A stretch of DNA of 39,544 nucleotides from Hyphochytrium catenoides (taxonomy: Eukaryota > Protista > Hyphochytriomycota): positions 1 to 39,544 of the forward strand of contig FLMG01000132.1 of NCBI GenBank assembly GCA_900088475.1, in the 5' to 3' direction. The notes under the pieces are model-generated. The model worked only from the letters and a program-made list of their open reading frames with translations, was not told the origin of the DNA and did no database searches. How positions within the stretch are numbered: the stretch's first letter is position 1; each line of letters opens with the position of its first letter. Of this stretch, positions 33,219-39,544 are shown in pieces. The translations under genes and the position numbers were made by a program.

Positions 33219-36200
33219 TTAAATATCAAAGTCGTCCTGATACTGATTATCATCTTCAGTCCCCGCCGCCGCCGCCGCTGCTGGAGCTTCGATCGGCGCC
33301 GCGCCTTGCATTTCTGGAGCTTTCAGATCTCCATCCGCAGATTCCAGATGATTCTCTTCTACGTCAGGGGTCGACGCCAAGACTGCAGCAGGCTCGGTAG
33401 CGGGTGGAGAGACCGCTGTTGATGGGGGAGGGAGTGAAGAAGAGAGAGCCATAGCCTCGGGAGACTCAGGCGTTGACTGAGAAACAAGATTGTCTTCTCT
33501 CTGCGTTTCTTCTCCTCGCTCTTGCTGGCTGTTCTCATCAAAGTCATCGCCATACGCCTCTTCTTCCTCACTCTCTTCCTTTCTCATGGCGTCTGCAGGT
33601 GGTAAGAGCTCTCCAGCATGGGAAGAAGGGGAAAGAGTCTCCAGGGCAGAGCTTTCTAATGAGAGACTGGCGGCTGTCTCTTTGGCTGCATCTCTCCGCG
33701 GCTCCGCTTCCGTTAGGAGAGACACAGGAGGAGCTTCTTCTCTCTGGCTCGCTCTCTCAACTTCAAGCGCTTCTGTGCTAGAAGCCGCACTTTCTGTCTG
33801 TCTCTCGATAGCGCCAGCCTGGGGCTGAGCTTGGGCCTGAGATTCAGTGTCAAAGTCATTCCCGTACGCTGTCTCTTCCTCTTCCTTCTTGTCTTTCTCT
33901 CCGTTAGCTTCGGGGTCAGGGGCCTTCTCTTCCTTCTCTTCGTTTAGAGCCTTATCTTTGTCCTTCTCTGGCTCCGTCTCTCTTCTGCTAGCATATTCCG
34001 TCGTCTCTTCTCTCTTCTGTTCCTCTTCTGGTCTCTCCTCTTTCGCTTGCGCTTGTTCTTGAGGATGAATGTCCTCTTGAGGCTTCTCCTGAGGCCGCGT
34101 CTCTTCTCTCTCGGGTTCTGCCTCAACTGCTCCTTCTTTCCTCTCGTCTTTTGCTTTCTCCTTCGTCAATGTTGAGAGTGAATTGTCCATGGAAGGGAGA
34201 AAAGGCTCAGAAGCCTCCTGAGGAGGAGAGAGAGAGAGAGAAAGAGGCTCACTATCTCCCTCCTCTTCCGTGGCTGCATCACTCAGCTTCTCTTCTCTCT
34301 TGAGTTCTGTCTCAATCGCTCCTTCTCGTTTCTCTTCTTCCGCCTTCTCCTTCGCCAATCTTGCGAGTGGAATGTCCATGGAAGGGAGAGGAGGCTCAGA
34401 AGTCTGCTGAGGAGAAGTGAGAGAGAGAGAAAGAGGCTGGCTCTCTCTCTCCTTCTCCGTGGCTGCATCACTGAGTAAGGACGATGCAGTTATGACGGGT
34501 GCTGGAGCAAGCGGCTTAGCTTCAGTCTCTCTCTCACGCAACGTATTGGACTCCTCCGCAACTGACTGAGGGAGAGAGAGAGCTTTCTCTTCATTTCGAG
34601 CCATTCTCTGTTCTTCTCGTTCCTCCTTTAACCGAGATGTCCCGGAGGTGACCGGAACTGGCCCTTGAGAGAGCTCCCTGTCTTGTGTCTCTTCTTCATC
34701 TAGCCCGAGGATGACTCCTTCTTTTTTAGCCTCTTCCCGAGGCGTCGTAGGAGGAGTTCTCAGGGGCGGAGCAGCGGGGAGAGAGAGAGAGATTGCCTCT
34801 GTCTCATTAGCAATCTGAGGAAGACGGGTTTCCACACATTCTCCTTCTTTTAAAATCTTCTCTGCTGTCGTCTGTACACTCTGCAGAGCAATCGCTGCTT
34901 CCCCTTCCGGTGACTCTTTCTCTTCCGCTTTACAGTCTAGAGAAGAATGCTCTTCTGTCTTCTCTTCTTTCTCTTTTTCTCTCTCCTGACTGGGCACATG
35001 GGTAGGCGTCGCACCGCTTTCCTCTGCTGTCTCTCTCTCTTGAGGCTGCTGCTCGGGCTGAGGAGGTAGGACCGGGACTGCTACGTCTAAGAGAGACTCC
35101 TCCTGTCCGGTTTGTTGCTGTTCTCTTTCTTTCTCTTGAGCTGGAATGCAAGCACTGGTCTCTTCTGACGGCCTCTCTGTCTCTTGCTGCTGCTCCGAGG
35201 GGAGACAAGGGGACGAGACACCTTCTCTCTCTCTCTCTTCAGGACCTGGACTTACTCTCTCTCCTCCGCGCTGGCTCCCGGCTACCTGTGGACAAGGCGT
35301 CTCTGTCTCCCCTGTCAGAGGCTCAAAGTAGGACGTCAACGGACGAGAAACGTCCGTATTATCCGAAATTAGTGGACCGTCCGCACTGCCGGCCGTTAGC
35401 GGTCCTGTCCTTGGGACATAGACAGCGCTTGGCCCGAGATCAGCCTCACCAGCATCCGGCACTGAGAGGCCCTCCTCGGTCGTTGCCGTTAGCAGTTCTA
35501 AAGCTCCCTCACTAGCCTGTGGGGCGCTCGCTCTGTCATTGGGACTTAGCGGACCGTCCTGGATGGCCGCTAGCGGTTGATGGGTCGGCCCAGGTGAGTC
35601 TGGCGTTGGCGTTAGCGACTCTTCAGGGCGTTGGGACGGCGGATTCGGCCGCTCATTTTTGTCTCTTTCTTCCTTTGGAGCTAACTGTCTCTCTCTCTCT
35701 CCGGCCTCGGAGCTGGGCATGACCTCCCCGGTCCCTTCCTTCTGCCTCTCTCCCTCTGTCACATGAGACAACGTAGTCTGTCCTTCTAGGTGTTCCTTCG
35801 CTCCAGGAGAGAAAGAGAGAGTCTCTTCCCTCTGGTGGCTGATTGTTTCTTCCTTTGTCTCGGGACTGGCTACTGGTCCGAGAATCTCTCTCTTTTCTTC
35901 TTCTCTCCCGATCTCAGCGAGTATCTGAGGCTTCTCTTCTTCTCTCCGAGGACTCTCTCTCTGGATCGGAGAGAGATCCTGCTCTGGAATATCTCTCTCT
36001 TCCTGTCCTTCCTCTCCTCGAAGATGATATCGCAGCTCTGCCGTCACAGCCACGACGACGTAAGCTTCGTAGAGATATTCCACAGTAGAGCCTACAGGGA
36101 ACTTTGGGAGCGAGGAAGAGGAAGCAGGGACAGAAGAAGAGAGAGAAGGAGAGAGAGGGGCAGAAGGTGTCTTCCCCTTCTCTGTCGAAGTGCTGAGGGG

Positions 36201-39043
36201 GAGAAGGGAAGGAGAAGAGACAGCTGCTGAGGCCAAAGGTGCATCCGTTGGTTCAGAGAGAGAAGAAGGAGGAAGAGACATTGAACCAGCGGCGGAGGAG
36301 GCGCAGAGAGTAACGGAAACGTCACTCTTTTCCTCTTCTCTTCTCGCTTCTTCGGTATTTACGGTTGGAAGAGGAGGACTTTCTCTCTTTTCTTCTCTCT
36401 CTTTCTCCACCAGAGAGACGCGGCTATCTGTCTCCTGCAGAATGTTCTCGTTCTCCTGAGTTCTCGGGACATCCGTCTTCTCTCTCGACTCTTTCTCTTC
36501 CGCTTTGTCTGCTGCTGGCTTTTTATTGGCGTCTGTTCTCGTCTCTTCTTCGGCTTGTGCTTTTCCCTCTCTCCCCACTTTCTCTCCCTTGCTTTCCTCT
36601 TTCTCCTTCTTCTTCTTAGCAGATCCTCCAGCTTGCTTTAGCTTCTCCTTCTTCTCAGGTCGTTTCTCTCTTGCCTCTGGGGCCGTGGAAGAAGAGGAGT
36701 TAGGCGTAGGAGAGAGAGAAGAGAGAGGGAGAGGAGAGATGTCTTCTTCTTTCACTCTCTCGACCAGCAGCGTCTCTCCTTCCTTGAAGAGACGATATCG
36801 TCCGTTTCCATAGCAATGCACAATGACGTACGTTTCTCCTTTATAGTGCACTCTCTCTGTCAGCTTGTAACGCCCGCGCGGGAGAGAAGATGGACGGGCT
36901 TTCGGGGGAAGTTCCTTTCTCTCTTTCTCTTCTCTCTCTTCTACTTCTTCCTCTCTCTTCTTCACCTTAGGGGAGGAAGACGAGGGAGGTGAGAGAGAAG
37001 AGGATGGGGAAGAGGAGGGTCCTTCTTTCCTATGATCTTCCTTCACACTCTCTTTCTGCACTTGAGAGGAAGAAGACGAGGAGGAAAGATGCTTCCTCCC
37101 TTTTTGCACTCTCTTCGTCTCTCCCTTCTCTCGCTCTGTCTGTGAAGAGGAAGGGACAGAGCCCGAGGAAGGAGAAGGAGAGGAAGAGGTTTGGCCTTTG
37201 CGAATATCTTGGCGCAACTTCTCCCTGAAGAGAGGACGCTTGGTATCCGTTGTACGGGAAGAAGCACCGTTTCTCTCTTCTCTCTTTCTCCTGAGATTGG
37301 CGTCCTTCTCCTCTTTAGGCGGTTGTTCTTCTCTCTCTTCTACTGGGTCCTCTCTCTCTTCATCTTCTTCTGAGGCCGATGGTCCTCTCCCTTTCTTTGC
37401 TTTCTCTCTTTTAGTCTCTCTCTCTTTCTTGTCCTTTACCGCTCTCCCAGCAGACTTTGCTCTCTTTCCTTCCTCTCTCTCTCTTGTCCGACTCTCTCCG
37501 TCTGTTGCTGCTGCCGTGGTAGGTCGTGTTCTGAGAGAAAGTGGTGGTTTTTCTCTCTCTCTTTCTCTCTCTTTCTCTGTATTCTCTCTCCCATTCTCTC
37601 CTTGCATTTCTTCGTCTCTGTCTTGGCTTGCTGTAGAAGAATGAATGAAGGAAGGAGAAGGAGGAGAAGAGAAGCCTTCTTCTTCACCGTCAGAAGTCTC
37701 TCTCTCTCTCCTTTTGAGTTTCTTTCTCTCCCCCTTTCTCCTCGTTGGAGGCCTTCTAGATATCTCTTTGTATGCTGAAGGAGCGGAAGAGAGAGAGGAA
37801 GAGAAGAGAGAGGAAGGAAGAGAGCAGGGAGGGAGAGAAGAAGAGTGGAGCACTCTTTCCAGATCTTTTGCGACTGTAAAGTCCTGAGCGTTGGGAGTCA
37901 GCCACTGCGGCTTTGGTGGCTGAGAGAGAGAGAGAGAAAGAAGAAGAGAGAGAAAAAACAAGAGAGAGAGGGAGAGAGAAGCGTCAGCCGACTTGGGCGG
38001 AATGAAAGAAAACCTATCAGGTAGAAGAGGATAAGAGGAAAGGAGATGAATTTTAGGCAGGCGGCATGGAAGGGAGAGAGAGAAAGAGAAAGAGAGAGAA
38101 AACAGTATGGCAGAACTTTGACAGAGAGAGAAAAAGAGGAAAATCTGTTCATAGCACCAGCCACACATATACTAAGAAAGATCAAAGTCCAACCCGTTCT
38201 CTGTCTCTTCTCCGCTTCCTCTCTCTCTCTCTCTCTCTTCCTCTCTCTCTCCCTACCTCTTCAGGTACTGCTCCCATGACGGCTCCTAGAGCTCTGGGAG
38301 AGAGATCCAAGAGTTCTGCCTGCGCTGCCAGCCTGAGGACTCTTCTCTTGAAAGGAGAGGGAGAACATCTTCCCTCGAAGGGAGAAGGGAGAGTGCGCCC
38401 TAGGAAATGGACCTGCAGGTGAGAGTCCAGCTGAGGAGCCCCTGCCCCGCTGCGGTGTCTCTCCAGGTGGGAGAGAAATGCTGGGAGAGAGAGAGAGTAG
38501 GGTAAGAGAGAGAGAGAAAGAGAGAGAGACAGAGAGAGAGACAGAGAAAAGGGAGAAGAGAGGATCTACGTCAATCATCTGCTACCTCCAGGCGCTATGA
38601 GGAAAGGAAAGAGGGAGGAAGCAAGGTACTGGTTCTCTCTCTTCTCTGTATAAATTGTATTGCCCCGTGGTTCCCTCTGGCTCTCTATCCTCTCTCCCGG
38701 ATTAACCCGTAGAAGCCGTCCTACGTCTCTCTCTCGCTCTCTCTTCTCTCTTCTCTCCCTTCTATTTCCTACCACTCTCCCTCTCTTCCTCTCTCTTTTT
38801 TTGGCCTGCCCTACGTACCTCTTGGTCGCTTTCCTCCATGCTCTTTGGTTCCTGTGGTCTCTCTCTTCTCCTCGTTTGTTCCCTTCTTTCTCTCTCTTTT
38901 CTCTCCTTCGCCGGTCCGAAGATTCTCCGCTGCCTCAAGGACGGAGCTGGCAGCCGCAGCGACGCGTTCCGGAACTTGTTCCGCCTCCAGCGCCCTTAGT
39001 GCCAGCTGGGCTGTTGCCTCGGGAGCAAAGCGGACGATTCCTG

Positions 39044-39090
<47 letters not shown>

Positions 39091-39463
39091 GAGAGAGAGA
39101 GAAAGAGAAAGAGAGAGAGAGAGAGAGAAGGGGAAAGAGGACAGGGAAGAGAGAGGGAAGAGAGAACATATGCGTTGTTTGAAAGAATTGATGGTAAGTC
39201 AGCGCCAGACGTGGAGAGAAAGAGATGGAAGATAGGACGGGGAGAGAGAAAAAGCGAGAGAGAAAGAGAGAGAGAAAGAGACGAAGAGGGATATAGGGAG
39301 AAAGAGGAAGGAGAGAGAAAAGAAAAGAGAGAGAGAAAAATGGAGAAAGGAAAGGAAAAAGGCACCTGGATGGTTGGGGCTCTGCGCCATGGCGAGAGAG
39401 AGTCTGGGCGTGGCATTTATGGCTCTGATCCGCACGGCGAAGAGAGGATCCTTGGCAGCCAAA
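33219..39463 (-). CDS. Large, mostly disordered Glu/Ser/Pro-rich protein with two SH3/Tudor-like modules and C-terminal YxxDFD motifs; 5' end beyond the window
   Basis: Exons 39463-39366, 39040-38819, 38480-38257, 37919-33219(TAA); GT-AG, phases 1,1,0; last exon is a 1567-codon stop-free frame with non-repetitive stretches. Confidence 0.8.
34095..34472 (-). repeat. Tandem 189-bp (63-aa) coding duplication
   Basis: SDAATEKERESQPLSLSLTSPQQTSEPPLPSMDIPL... vs SDAATEEEGDSEPLSLSLSPPQEASEPFLPSMDNSL...; ggctgcatcact occurs at 34272 and 34461 (offset 189). Confidence 0.85.
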
Positions 39464-39544
39464 CTAGGGAGAGAGAGACACGCATGGAGGAAAGAGAGAG
39501 AAGGAAAGAGAGAAAGAGAGAGAGAAGAGAGAGAGAGAGAGAGA

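Larger units (their letters stand above)
1..39544. repeat. Pervasive (GA)n/(CT)n microsatellite and polypurine/polypyrimidine low-complexity sequence
   Basis: Seen throughout introns, 3' intergenic regions and exons, e.g. near-perfect tracts at 7425-7545, 20200-20487, 32010-32078; largely absent only from promoters and a few exon segments. Confidence 0.99.

Noticed and set aside
1226-39365. Non-canonical splice sites
   Set aside because: Every junction I could resolve is GT-AG with compatible phase; unresolved ones lie next to assembly gaps.
1-39544. Dozens of ORFs rich in SLSLSL or ERERER, many looking like membrane proteins or antisense genes
   Set aside because: (CT)n/(GA)n tracts cannot form stop codons, so long open frames arise by chance; they map to introns or antisense of real exons.
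1-39544. CRISPR arrays, transposases, tRNA/rRNA genes, Introner-like repeated introns, prokaryotic defence systems
   Set aside because: No repeat-spacer structure, transposase/RT motifs, terminal repeats or RNA-gene folds seen; introns share only simple repeats; the content is spliced eukaryotic genes.

Overview
Eukaryotic (protist-like, possibly stramenopile; inference only) genomic window saturated with (GA)n/(CT)n microsatellite, with seven N-gaps. Most ORF-track entries are repeat artefacts. Hand-splicing at GT-AG sites gives up to seven genes in alternating orientation: NudC-family exon 1 (-), a 5-exon TMEM242/AIM11-like gene (+), an intronless PDK/BCKDK-family kinase with a frameshift (-), a 4-exon LAMTOR5-like gene (+), a ~23 kb giant HECT E3 ligase of roughly 4,800-4,900 aa (MGNVES start, RCC1, LamG, UBA, FN3, SPRY, HECT; -), a doubtful F-box-like gene with an in-frame TGA in a CxxU context (+), and the 3' part of a large disordered protein with two SH3/Tudor-like modules and YxxDFD motifs (-). 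Most notable: bipartite 5'-(GA)n...(CU)n-3' self-complementary introns, distant branch points ahead of long AG-free tracts, microsatellite invasion of coding exons, and repeat-free divergent promoters sharing motifs.
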